The notes under the pieces: generated by a model
What the model was told of the DNA's origin: nothing
Seen by the model: the letters and a program-made list of their open reading frames with translations, nothing else
The model's database searches: none
Made by a program: the position numbers and the translations under genes
In this document: piece by piece, positions 1-8,469 of the stretch
Layout: each line of letters begins with the position of its first letter
How positions within the stretch are numbered: position 1 is the first letter of the stretch
NCBI RefSeq assembly: GCF_900182565.1
Contig: NZ_FXTI01000005.1
Location: forward strand, 83,254-115,253
Origin: Melghirimyces algeriensis
GTDB lineage: Bacteria; Bacillota; Bacilli; Thermoactinomycetales; DSM-45169
DNA: 32,000 nucleotides
Direction of reading: 5' to 3'

Positions 1-29
1 TCTCTCACTGCGATCCGCAGTTGTTCCAT
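1..29 (-). CDS. First 9 codons of the gene downstream of argC (possibly argJ), cut by the window edge
   Basis: ATG at 29..27, 29 nt after the argC stop, preceded by a GGGGAAG-type purine-rich RBS. Only MEQLRIAVR is visible. The argJ guess rests solely on the usual argCJBD gene order. Confidence 0.3.
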
Positions 30-58
30 GGTTTCTCTTCCCCTTTCCCCTTCCAAAC

Positions 59-1090
59 TTATGGATACTGCGGAAAACCTTGCAATCCCGCTGTCTCCGG
101 CCAGCCCATGCGCAAATTCAAGTTTTGTACGGCCTGACCCGCCGCTCCCTTGACCAAATTATCAATCGCAGCCATTCCAACCACCGTCTTTGAACGCTCA
201 TCCAGATAAACTCCGACATCACAGAAATTGCTTCCCTGAACCCCTTTGGTTCGAGGAACCTGATCTTCCCCAACCACCCGAACAAAGGGACTTTCTTCAT
301 ACGCTTCCAGCAAAACTTCTCTCACCTGGGGTAAAGTCCATCCCTTTGCAACCGGGCCATACACCGTTACCAAAAGCCCCCGGTTCATCGGCACAATTTG
401 CGGAGTAAAGAGAACCGTTGTTCGCTGTCCACCCGCGATCCCGGCATATCGCTCCATCTCTGGGGTATGTCGGTGTTTCCCCACTTGATACGGAAACAGA
501 TTTTCATTGATTTCACAGAACAGACTTTGCTGCTTTACACTCCGCCCCGCTCCGGACATCCCCGATTTACCGTCAATGACCACAGAATCTCCATCCAGAA
601 TTCCTTGTTTCAGTAAAGGAATCAGTACCATTAAAGCCGCTGTCGGATAACAACCCGGATTGGCAATGACATTCGCTTTCCGTATGGATGGGGCAAACCA
701 CTCACTCAACCCATATGCTGACTGACTCAACCAGAAATCTGAAGGAGGCTCTCCCTTATACCACTTGCGATATGTTGAACCGTCTAACCGAAAGTCAGCG
801 GCAAGATCGATACAGATCCGTCCCTGTTCAACCAGGGAGGGAACCCATTGACTGCTGACGCCTGAAGGTGCAGCAAAGAAGACAATATCCGCTTTATCGG
901 CCAATGACTCCGGGTCCCCTTCTTCCAATGAGTAATTTAGATGGGACAGGTGGGGGAAAGCCTCCCGCAATTCTGCTCCCGCTTTCGACGAAGAAATTAA
1001 TGTTGTTAACGTCACATATGGATGATTGCTCAGAATCCGAATCAACTCTGCACTCCCATAGCCTGTCGCTCCCACAATCGCTGCGTTCAT
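59..1090 (-). CDS. argC: N-acetyl-gamma-glutamyl-phosphate reductase
   Basis: Track ORF 59..1117. N-terminal Rossmann motif IVGATGYGS and active-site region NPGCYPTA. I place the start at ATG 1090 (MNAAIVGATGYG), which follows GAGGAG at correct spacing; ATG 1117 has no such RBS. Confidence 0.9.
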   Translation of the reverse strand: MNAAIVGATGYGSAELIRILSNHPYVTLTTLISSSKAGAELREAFPHLSHLNYSLEEGDPESLADKADIVFFAAPSGVSSQWVPSLVEQGRICIDLAADFRLDGSTYRKWYKGEPPSDFWLSQSAYGLSEWFAPSIRKANVIANPGCYPTAALMVLIPLLKQGILDGDSVVIDGKSGMSGAGRSVKQQSLFCEINENLFPYQVGKHRHTPEMERYAGIAGGQRTTVLFTPQIVPMNRGLLVTVYGPVAKGWTLPQVREVLLEAYEESPFVRVVGEDQVPRTKGVQGSNFCDVGVYLDERSKTVVGMAAIDNLVKGAAGQAVQNLNLRMGWPETAGLQGFPQYP

Positions 1091-1137
1091 CCCTTTTCTC
1101 CTCTCATTCTTCTGCATTCCGCAATCAATTTTGTATC

Positions 1138-1168
1138 ATTATACATACATATTTATATTTATTCAATG
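1138..1168 (-). promoter_or_regulatory. Putative sigma-A promoter of argC with an overlapping ARG-box-like operator
   Basis: Minus strand reads TTGAAT (1166..1161), a 17-nt spacer, then TATAAT (1143..1138). CATTGAATAAATATAAAT (1168..1151) resembles the ArgR/AhrC ARG box (TGAATAAAAATTCA-type), about 11 of 15 positions by eye. Confidence 0.35.
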
Positions 1169-1224
1169 CAAATCGAAAAAAAAACAGCGAAGAATTCGCT
1201 GAGAGACTGCTGACAAGGAGAATA

Positions 1225-1395
1225 GGAGGGGGGATTTCCGGTGGAGCATCCTTTTCCGACGACCCAGCGGAACCCCTGGAGGTCCCAACCGTTTAGCGGA
1301 TATTTTGTCCGCTGGTTGGGACCGGAGGGGGTGAAGCGGACTCCTTCCTCTTCTTTGCTGGAGGAAAGAGATGCGGAGACGGAAATCCCCTCTCC
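1225..1395. other. About 170-nt GC-rich imperfect long hairpin / structured element of unknown class
   Basis: Nested complementary segments in one register: 1225-1240/1380-1395 and 1246-1257/1363-1374, then 1273-1277/1326-1330 (offset by an asymmetric internal loop). Apical hairpin 1281-1290/1314-1323 plus 1295-1300/1308-1313. Details are in the findings. Confidence 0.45.
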
Positions 1396-1517
1396 CCCTA
1401 CTTTGTCATAAACCTCCAGTTTATGGATTAACGATAACTGAAGCTTCCAGATTGCTCCGTTCATACTGTCAATGATTTGACATAAAACCGACTACGGAGA
1501 AATAAACGGACATTAAA

Positions 1518-1550
1518 AGCTGATTTCTCCAATACAAGGAAAAATCAGCT
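1518..1550. repeat. Hairpin repeat copy A (AGCTGATTTCTCC-loop-GGAAAAATCAGCT); probable terminator of the TauE gene
   Basis: 13-bp stem with one mismatch and a 7-nt loop. On the minus strand it is followed by TTTTAAT. A near-identical hairpin with similar flanks lies at 10201-10233. Confidence 0.6.
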
Positions 1551-1654
1551 CTAAAAGGAAGTTCATTTGCAGATCACTTAGTTAGTGTAGCCTCCAAAAC
1601 CTTTCCATTGCGAAATAATCGTTAGACTGTGTGTGTAGATCAACCTTGCTAAGT

Positions 1655-2473
1655 TTATATCATTTTATAGACCATCTGCGTTATCAATAAACAGATAATG
1701 GAAACCAACAATGGTTTGGCGATTTTCAAGGGGACTCTTGGTAAAACCAACAGGCCCATCTGTGAACCGATCATGGAACCCAAAGCCATCGCGATGGCAT
1801 AGGACCATTGAAAGAAACCCGTCTGATAAAAAATGATAAATCCTCCTGCACAACTTCCAAAAATCAAAGCCCTTGTCAGTTGAACAGCCTTTAGATAGGT
1901 ATGATGTTTTTTCATGTAATATAAAATGCCAAATGTAGAAGAGCCAGGGCCAAATCCCCCATCATAAGAAGCGATAAAAAAAGGAAGCAGATATTCCCAA
2001 ATGTTATGCGAAGATTTCTTTTCCTCCATTTGAATAGACTCCATCCATCTCCTGTTTTTAAGGGTGACGATGAATGCGAAACAAAGCAGAACGAAGGCAA
2101 TCATATTCATTGTTTTTTCGGAAACATGAGCTGTAAATAAAGCTCCTCCAATCCCTCCTATCAAGGCGACAAATACATTTGGAATGATTGTTTTAAACCG
2201 AAGGTGCTTACGATATATCAGATAGAATACGCTCGAAAATGCAGCAATCCCGGACGAGAATTTATTCGTAGCAATACCTGTTTGAATGGGAATACCCGTC
2301 AACAGCATCGCTGGTAGAGTAATGAGACCTCCACCGCCCGCTAATGTACCAACAAAGGATGACACCATTCCGATCAAGAGCAGATGAAAAAGTGATCCCT
2401 TCATCAGAAACAGACTGATGCCCAGCAAGAATACGGTTGGAATAAGAAACCATACAATGATTTGCCTTTTCAT
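1655..2473 (-). CDS. TauE/SafE-family sulfite/anion exporter (multi-pass membrane protein)
   Basis: 272-aa hydrophobic ORF with two glycine-rich halves (GGGGLITLP, GFGPGSSTF) typical of the TauE/SafE family. It is divergent from a LysR regulator. Confidence 0.8.
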   Translation of the reverse strand: MKRQIIVWFLIPTVFLLGISLFLMKGSLFHLLLIGMVSSFVGTLAGGGGLITLPAMLLTGIPIQTGIATNKFSSGIAAFSSVFYLIYRKHLRFKTIIPNVFVALIGGIGGALFTAHVSEKTMNMIAFVLLCFAFIVTLKNRRWMESIQMEEKKSSHNIWEYLLPFFIASYDGGFGPGSSTFGILYYMKKHHTYLKAVQLTRALIFGSCAGGFIIFYQTGFFQWSYAIAMALGSMIGSQMGLLVLPRVPLKIAKPLLVSIICLLITQMVYKMI

Positions 2474-2582
2474 TCAATATCCCCTTTTTGCTTGCTAGTA
2501 AGAGGATATATAATAAACATCAATAAATCCAATATATGTTTTTCGTTAATATATAAATATTTTTTATGAAAGGGTTCTATCA

Positions 2583-3479
2583 ATGAATATTCATGCATTG
2601 CGTATATTTACAAAAGTTGCTTCCATGAAAAGTGTTACAAAAGCTGCTGAAGCCCTTTCCATCAGTCAGCCCGCTGTAACTGTCCAAATACGAAATTTGG
2701 AAAAGGAAACGGGATTGAGACTGGTCGAAACAGAAGGAAGAGGGATCAAGCTTACCAGAGAGGGGGAGTTTTTAGTTGCGCGCGCTGAGAGGTTGTTTGA
2801 TATGGAAAAAGATATGGAAAACAAGCTGATTCAACTGAAGAACGGAGAATTACAGGACTTGCGAATATCCTCTACCTATTTGCCAGCCAACTTTTTATTG
2901 CCCATCTGGTTGGCGAAATTTAAGAACGATTTCCCTTCCATAAAGGTAAACTTATACAGTGGCAATTCAGATCAAGTGATTGAAAAATTGCTTCACTACA
3001 AGTCAGACATCGCTTTTGTCGTGAAAGAGGAATGGAATCACCCGGATATAAAACGGCATCACTTAATGGATATCGACTTCTGGTTTTTGGTTCCACATGG
3101 GCACAAATACGATGGAAAAGAGGTTTCCTTAAGGGAATTAATGTCGGAGCCATTTCTATTCCGAGAAGAAGGAAGTTCCACAAGGGACATCCTCTTTTCT
3201 TTATGCAAAATTCATCGGGTCCCTGTTCCCAATATTGGATTACAATTTCATGGCTTAAATGAATCCATCCGTTCTGTCATGGCGGGATATGGGACCATGC
3301 TGGCTCCAGCACTTGCAGTCAAAGACCATTTGAAACGCAAGGAAGTAGGGAGAGTCATTGTAAAAGGGATTGAGATCAGGCGGCCGATCTATCTTTGTAG
3401 CCGTAAAGGAGATGAAGAATTGTCCACCAATTTGAACCATTTTATTGAATTTGTAAAAAACAGTTCGATAACAGAATAA
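2583..3479 (+). CDS. LysR-family transcriptional regulator
   Basis: N-terminal wHTH SVTKAAEALSISQPAVTVQIRNLE, a 298-aa length typical of LTTRs, and divergent arrangement with the transporter gene. Confidence 0.9.
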   Translation: MNIHALRIFTKVASMKSVTKAAEALSISQPAVTVQIRNLEKETGLRLVETEGRGIKLTREGEFLVARAERLFDMEKDMENKLIQLKNGELQDLRISSTYLPANFLLPIWLAKFKNDFPSIKVNLYSGNSDQVIEKLLHYKSDIAFVVKEEWNHPDIKRHHLMDIDFWFLVPHGHKYDGKEVSLRELMSEPFLFREEGSSTRDILFSLCKIHRVPVPNIGLQFHGLNESIRSVMAGYGTMLAPALAVKDHLKRKEVGRVIVKGIEIRRPIYLCSRKGDEELSTNLNHFIEFVKNSSITE

Positions 3480-3559
3480 AGGACAGACAATGGATCTCCC
3501 CAATTCATCTCACCTGGTGAGCCCCTCCAAGGCTTAAAGAGGGACAAGCCGCTTTCACA

Positions 3560-3633
3560 AAACCAAAAATAAACCTCCTGGGTATAGTCAAGGGCGTCAA
3601 CGACTGTTGATTCCCTTTGCTATACCCAGGAGG
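3560..3633 (-). terminator. Long rho-independent terminator downstream of the cytochrome c gene
   Basis: CCTCCTGGGTATAG (3574-3587) pairs perfectly with CTATACCCAGGAGG (3620-3633), with further inner pairing. On the minus strand the stem is followed by TTTATTTTTGGTTTT. Confidence 0.65.
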
Positions 3634-3769
3634 ACTCAAAATGAGATTGTTAAATACCTACCCAAGGAAATGGGGTCCGATAAATATTACCCTTCATCCA
3701 AAAAGCATTTTCATTGAACAAGTATTATGTCTGCCACAGTATTGCCTATGAACATCAGGCAACACCTGT

Positions 3770-4084
3770 TCACTTCTTCTCAGCTAACCAAGACGCCAAC
3801 TTATCCCGCTGTTCGTCAGACAACCGCTTTTGGGCCGGCATCTGCCCCTTCCCGTTCGCTAAAATCTGTTCAATTTCTGACTGGGAGTATTTTTCGCCTA
3901 CCTTCTCCAGCGACGGACCGGCCGTTCCTTCCAGGTTTCGACCGTGGCAACCCGCACAGTTGTTGCTGTACAGTGTTTTGGGTGAGGCCTCCTCCGTCTC
4001 TCCTTTCGGCGGTTCATCCTGAGGTGCACATGCGGCAAGGAGAAGAAGTCCGACCCCAACCGAGATCCCCCACTTCCAGTTCAT
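3770..4084 (-). CDS. cccB: Membrane-anchored (lipoprotein) cytochrome c551
   Basis: Heme motif CAGCH, lipobox LLAAC after a hydrophobic N-terminus, and a distal Met (GKGQMPA). Start placed at ATG 4084, preceded by GAGGAGGG. The track ORF extends spuriously to 4141. Confidence 0.8.
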   Translation of the reverse strand: MNWKWGISVGVGLLLLAACAPQDEPPKGETEEASPKTLYSNNCAGCHGRNLEGTAGPSLEKVGEKYSQSEIEQILANGKGQMPAQKRLSDEQRDKLASWLAEKK

Positions 4085-4235
4085 CAGCCATCCCTCCTCA
4101 TGGGTAACGTCTCGATCAGACCCGCTTCCTGGCAAGTCCAAACGGTTCCTTGCACTCTCTGACCGAGACTTCGTAACTCAAATCACCCTCTTGCAAGAAG
4201 ATGGCCCCATTGGCACATCCGCTTGTCAACGGGCT

Positions 4236-4439
4236 CTAGGACTCCTTTTCCGAAACACCTTCTCTGTGTTCATCTTCCTCATCGTCATCCATATGATAGG
4301 GTTTACTAAATGCCCTTTCCAATTCTTCAACTTCCTGTCCCCGTTTGCGAGATACCATAAAATAAGTACCAATCATTGCAAGCAAAATGACTCCCAAACT
4401 GATCCAAACCACAGACGGAATCTGTTGTATCCATTCCAT
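4236..4439 (-). CDS. Small membrane protein with one N-terminal TM helix and a highly acidic tail; function unknown
   Basis: 67-aa ORF containing VVWISLGVILLAMIGTYFMV followed by DDDEEDEHRE. No family recognised. Confidence 0.55.
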   Translation of the reverse strand: MEWIQQIPSVVWISLGVILLAMIGTYFMVSRKRGQEVEELERAFSKPYHMDDDEEDEHREGVSEKES

Positions 4440-4514
4440 ATGCTATTCCTCCACTCATATAAGAATAGGAAATTTTACACTCCAAAATATAACGCACCAA
4501 ACCGACAGAAACCA

Positions 4515-4538
4515 CCCGCCGCTTCCATACACGGCGGG
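4515..4538 (-). terminator. Possible terminator after the enoyl-CoA hydratase gene
   Basis: CCCGCCG (4515-4521) pairs with CGGCGGG (4532-4538). The downstream T-tract on the minus strand is weak (TGGTTTCTGT). Confidence 0.4.
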
Positions 4539-4583
4539 CTCTCAACACTGGTACAACCATTTTTCACAAATTAGAAAAAATGA

Positions 4584-5369
4584 TTATTTCCCCTGAAAGG
4601 AGGCTGAACGCTTTTCTAGGAATGCATCCATTCCTTCCAAACGATCCTCTGTGTCAAATACCACTCCAAAGTAGGAGGCCTCCAAACGCAATCCCATTGA
4701 CAGATCCGCTTCCACACCTTGATTCACTGCCTTCTTAATATAATTCATGGCGATCGGCGCTTGCTTTGACATTTTTTGGGCCAGTTGTTTTGCCTCGTCC
4801 AACAATTGATCATGAGGGACCACTTTTTGAACAATTCCCAGCTGATATGCTTTTTCGGCGGAGATCATTTCTCCGGTCAAAGCATAATATTTAGCTGTCG
4901 TTTTACCTACAAGACGGGTGAGTCGCTGGGTTCCGCCATATCCAGGAAGAACGCCCAGGGTCACTTCAGGCAAACCAAAACGAGCTTTGTCAGAGGCAAG
5001 AAGGATATCCCCGCTCAACGCCAGTTCAAATCCTCCGCCCAACGCAAACCCGTTAACAGCCATGATCACCGGGAGTGAGAGCTCTTCCAACCGTGAGAAC
5101 AACTGCTGTCCCTGTGTTGCCAACCGTTCCGCTTCACTGGAAGAGGGGAGCTGTCGCAACTCTTTAATATCTGCTCCAGCCACAAATGCTTTTTCACCGG
5201 AACCGGTTACAATTAATACACGCAGATCTGCTGAAGACTCTACCTCATCCAGTGCTTGTTCCAACTCATTCAATGTTTCCTGATCTAATGCGTTCAGAAC
5301 TTCTGGGCGCTGGATGGTTAAAAGACCCCACTTGCCGTTTTGATCCAGCCGGACGTTATTCCACTTCAT
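4584..5369 (-). CDS. Enoyl-CoA hydratase/isomerase (crotonase family)
   Basis: 261 aa with crotonase signatures: FVAGADIKEL, ALGGGFELALSGD and GLPEVTLGVLPGYGGTQRL. Confidence 0.9.
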   Translation of the reverse strand: MKWNNVRLDQNGKWGLLTIQRPEVLNALDQETLNELEQALDEVESSADLRVLIVTGSGEKAFVAGADIKELRQLPSSSEAERLATQGQQLFSRLEELSLPVIMAVNGFALGGGFELALSGDILLASDKARFGLPEVTLGVLPGYGGTQRLTRLVGKTTAKYYALTGEMISAEKAYQLGIVQKVVPHDQLLDEAKQLAQKMSKQAPIAMNYIKKAVNQGVEADLSMGLRLEASYFGVVFDTEDRLEGMDAFLEKRSASFQGK

Positions 5370-5482
5370 TGTTTCTCCTCCCTATGCAATGGTTAGGCAG
5401 GTAGTCATACACTTTGTGTGGATTGGACCCGTCCATTTATTCGACACAAATAAGAAAACTCCTCTATCTGCACCACAATCCG

Positions 5483-6625
5483 TTAAAAATCACTGTCCCC
5501 TTCGTTTCGGCGGGTCATCTGTTTCCATACGGAACCACTCGCCTCTTCTCCACGCTCAATCCGCTCCAGAGCCATTTTAACCTGCATACTCACTTCAAAT
5601 TCTGGATCCGCTTGAGCTTCACGTAACGCTGGCAATGCGGACTCATCCCCTGTTTCATATAAAAACATGGCCGCCCGCCAACGAACCAGTTTGCTTTTAT
5701 CTTTTAGTGATTCAATCATCGGTCCAATCGCATCCGGGTCCCCGATATCCGAAAGGCAATCCCCAGCCGTTCGACGAACTGTAACAGATGGGTCTTTTAA
5801 TGCCCGGTACAGGCTCGGCAAAACCTTTGCATCACCGATCATTCCCAGGTAAGCGGTTGCCAATCGACGAATCATCGGTTTTGGATCATTTAACGCCTTA
5901 TCCAACACATCCAGGTCATCCAGAGTGGGGTTCATCTGTTCCAGAAGAGCATAACGTTTTTTCCAGTCCGGATGGTCCAACATATCCAAGGTTACCTTCA
6001 TCTTGGGCCTTCTTTCAGGCGCCGGTGAATCTGATTCCTGGAGAAGAGCTTGTTGAACCAAATTCTCCAAACGCTTTGGATCATAGGAGGCACTGATTTC
6101 TTCTGTCACCTCTTGGCCCAACTCGTCCAACTCTCCATATCGGACCCCCAGTTCTTCCCAGCGACGTTCCATCACCATATTGGGAGAAGCCTTCTGGGCT
6201 TCCATAACCGCTTCAGAAAATCGTTCTGGCAGAGCCACACGCTTTTCCTCATCATCGCGGGAGAGTTTCAATTGGATGGGAATCCCCCGAAAGGTTTGCA
6301 AATAAACCTTGACTTCTCCAAACGCTTCTGTTGAAATGGAATCCACCGGCTGGCGATGGTTGTGTTCGTTTTCATCCAGCCCAAAAACTTCCCTTACCCC
6401 GGAGAGAATCTCTTTCCAATCCGCACGGGGATTTCGCTCAACAGATATAAAATCCGCCACACGGAATACACTTTTCACCCCTTCAATTTGCAGCAGTTGA
6501 CGGATGATTTCAGGGGCATCCTCTAAATGATCCGGAGTATAAGTCTTCGCTTGGGTAGCTTTCTCGTCTATATTTAGTTTCATGGTATTGGGACTGGGGG
6601 TTGGTTCGATTGAATGGAGTTTCAT
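5483..6625 (-). CDS. CvfC-like conserved virulence factor family protein (Nfu/NifU N-terminal scaffold domain plus HEAT/PBS-lyase repeats)
   Basis: The N-terminus IEPTPSPNTMKLN is typical of the Nfu_N domain. The C-terminal half carries repeated motifs (IRRLATAYLG, VRRTAGDCLSDIGD, VRWRAAMFL) typical of HEAT-like repeats. Confidence 0.75.
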   Translation of the reverse strand: MKLHSIEPTPSPNTMKLNIDEKATQAKTYTPDHLEDAPEIIRQLLQIEGVKSVFRVADFISVERNPRADWKEILSGVREVFGLDENEHNHRQPVDSISTEAFGEVKVYLQTFRGIPIQLKLSRDDEEKRVALPERFSEAVMEAQKASPNMVMERRWEELGVRYGELDELGQEVTEEISASYDPKRLENLVQQALLQESDSPAPERRPKMKVTLDMLDHPDWKKRYALLEQMNPTLDDLDVLDKALNDPKPMIRRLATAYLGMIGDAKVLPSLYRALKDPSVTVRRTAGDCLSDIGDPDAIGPMIESLKDKSKLVRWRAAMFLYETGDESALPALREAQADPEFEVSMQVKMALERIERGEEASGSVWKQMTRRNEGDSDF

Positions 6626-6812
6626 CCATGACCCCTCCTTCGGGATTTCATACCGTCGACTAATCGGATTCTATCACAACTCCTTCACTCTTTCACCCAG
6701 TTCCATATCCTATATTTAAGTAACTGTACCATTTCCGGATGAAATCCTCTTGAAGGTTCTTTTTTTCTCAACGGAGAACCGTTTTCAAGCAATCAAAAAA
6801 AGGGGGATGACG

Positions 6813-7598
6813 ATGGCCAAAACGATGGAAGACAAGATTAAACAGATGCTAAAGGAACAGGGATTGTCTGAAATGGAAGAGGAAGTGATTCGTACATTGG
6901 TACCCTGTCTCATCCTGCACACGGAAGAGCAGGGAGCTGTTCCAGTGGGAACGTCCAAGTTTGGGGGCACTCCGGACCTGCCTTCGGATTGGGGCTACCC
7001 TTTAACAATGGGAAAACCGCTTCCCTTTATCGCTCAATACAACTTATCGGAGTTGGGGAAAGCAGACGCCATGCATCCTCTGCCCGATCGGGGCATGCTC
7101 TATTTTTTTGCAGCGGTGGATGACCTTCTTTGGGGTGCGTCTTCCGATCAGATCCATTGCGAAATACTCTATGCCGACGTTCAACCTGAAGCGCTGGTCC
7201 CAACTCCATTTCCCGAAGATCTCCCGCGAGAAGTCCGTTTTCCGGAGCGGCAGATCCATTTTCGCCTGGAGCAGTCCCTGCCCAATGTAGAAAACCCAAG
7301 CGATATGGAAGAAATCTGGTTTGACCTGATGGATCAGCTGTATGAGCTGGAAGAACGGGATGATGGGTACCATCAAGCCTTTGGAGAACCCCTGTCCTTA
7401 ACAGAAGATATTTTTGATATCTGCCGAAGACATACAGGAAAAAAATCCGATGAATGGGTGCTCCTTCTTCAAATGGATACGGAAGCAGACGATGAAGAGG
7501 CGGAATGGGGAGACCTGGGAATGCTCTACTTCTGTATCACACAAGAGGACCTGTTGAAAGGAAACTTCCACGAAGCTTGCTTGGTGGTACAAAAATAG
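6813..7598 (+). CDS. YwqG-like DUF1963 family protein
   Basis: Motifs SKFGGTPDLP, GMLYFF and GDLGMLYFCI are typical of DUF1963. Start placed at ATG 6813, 7 nt after AAAGGGGGA. The track ORF begins at an upstream TTG (6750). Confidence 0.75.
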   Translation: MAKTMEDKIKQMLKEQGLSEMEEEVIRTLVPCLILHTEEQGAVPVGTSKFGGTPDLPSDWGYPLTMGKPLPFIAQYNLSELGKADAMHPLPDRGMLYFFAAVDDLLWGASSDQIHCEILYADVQPEALVPTPFPEDLPREVRFPERQIHFRLEQSLPNVENPSDMEEIWFDLMDQLYELEERDDGYHQAFGEPLSLTEDIFDICRRHTGKKSDEWVLLLQMDTEADDEEAEWGDLGMLYFCITQEDLLKGNFHEACLVVQK

Positions 7599-7709
7599 GT
7601 CATGACAGGAATGCAATTCATATCGGGCATTCCCCACACCGATCCCTTCAGCAAATAGGGGACTGGTTCTCACCTTTCCCCTCCCCAGACAGGAGTAAAT
7701 AACACAAAG

Positions 7710-7737
7710 AAACCGTCCAAGGATCAGGACGGTTTTA
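7710..7737 (+). terminator. Terminator after the YwqG-like gene
   Basis: AACCGTCC (7711-7718) pairs with GGACGGTT (7727-7734), followed by TT and an A-rich stretch. The T-run is short. Confidence 0.55.
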
Positions 7738-7868
7738 CAAACCCTCTTATCGGAACCAATCTATTCCCTGTTCTTATTTCAAGATATTGCATTAATCCCC
7801 ATTCCCTCTCCTTCCTTTGGAGCTTGTTAGGCAATGGTTTGGTTCCAAACAGCATACTCTTCTTAAAA

Positions 7869-8183
7869 CTACCTTAAACGCTTATTTCTTTTCCATTTTA
7901 ATAAGATGAAATATATCCATCCAATCAAGTGAACAATTAACGTAATAAAGATTAGTATGAAGTAAACCATAATCTCTTCTTGTCCCATTGTTTTAATGAT
8001 ATTAGGTACAATAAAAAAACCTGTGTCAATAATAATCATCCAATTAGGAATGGTCCATATACGAGGGGTATTAGGTTTCCATATGGATATGATTTTAATG
8101 CTAACGAGGTTTAATGTTAATAATGACAAGAATATTATTGGGATCGAATCGAAATGTAGGGAGTCTATCATATAAAAAAACAT
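7869..8183 (-). CDS. Small AT-rich multi-pass membrane protein, unknown function
   Basis: 104-aa ORF with roughly three hydrophobic segments and AGGAAGAG upstream of the ATG. G+C is far below the neighbouring genes: 17 of 60 at 7921-7980 by hand count. Confidence 0.5.
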   Translation of the reverse strand: MFFYMIDSLHFDSIPIIFLSLLTLNLVSIKIISIWKPNTPRIWTIPNWMIIIDTGFFIVPNIIKTMGQEEIMVYFILIFITLIVHLIGWIYFILLKWKRNKRLR

Positions 8184-8469
8184 AAATCTCTTCCTGATTT
8201 TTCTTTAAATACCAAATTTTATATTGATTTACTATTTTCATTCCATACACTTGAATTGAAAATAACTCGCATATTTATGAAAGGTATTAACATAAGGTCC
8301 TCCCATATGGAACCACTCCACCTTACTTCATAGCATTTACTAATCACCGTTTTTCCGATTATATGAGCGTATGGTGCCCCGTTGCTGATGAGCTATATCT
8401 GGGGACTATGACACAATAATCACCATTTCGTACCAGCAGTTTAGCTTAAAACATAAACCATTGAACTTA

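Noticed and set aside
1225-1395. Possible guanidine (ykkC-type), 6S or RNase P identity for the structured element
   Set aside because: Short resemblances exist: GGGGTTCCG on the minus strand and GAGGAAAG on the plus strand. The rest of the respective consensus cores is absent (GGUCCGAGAG...ACACGG for ykkC, GAGGAAAGUCC for RNase P), the size and context do not fit, and no gene lies downstream in the matching orientation. It is left as unknown rather than assigned.
1159-1464. 101-aa minus-strand ORF spanning the structured element upstream of argC
   Set aside because: It runs straight through the long inverted-repeat structure and the argC promoter/ARG box. It has no RBS and a low-complexity, repeat-driven sequence, so the open frame is best explained by the palindromic DNA.
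3641-3751. 36-codon plus-strand ORF (MRLLNTYPRKWGPINITL...) with AGGAGG 7 nt upstream
   Set aside because: The AGGAGG is simply the 3' arm of the 60-nt terminator hairpin at 3574-3633. The ORF lies in the tail-to-tail gap between convergent genes and has no promoter or terminator of its own.
4191-4574. 127-aa plus-strand ORF overlapping the small membrane protein gene
   Set aside because: It is antisense to a better-supported ORF (RBS, TM helix), has no RBS, and runs across the terminator region.
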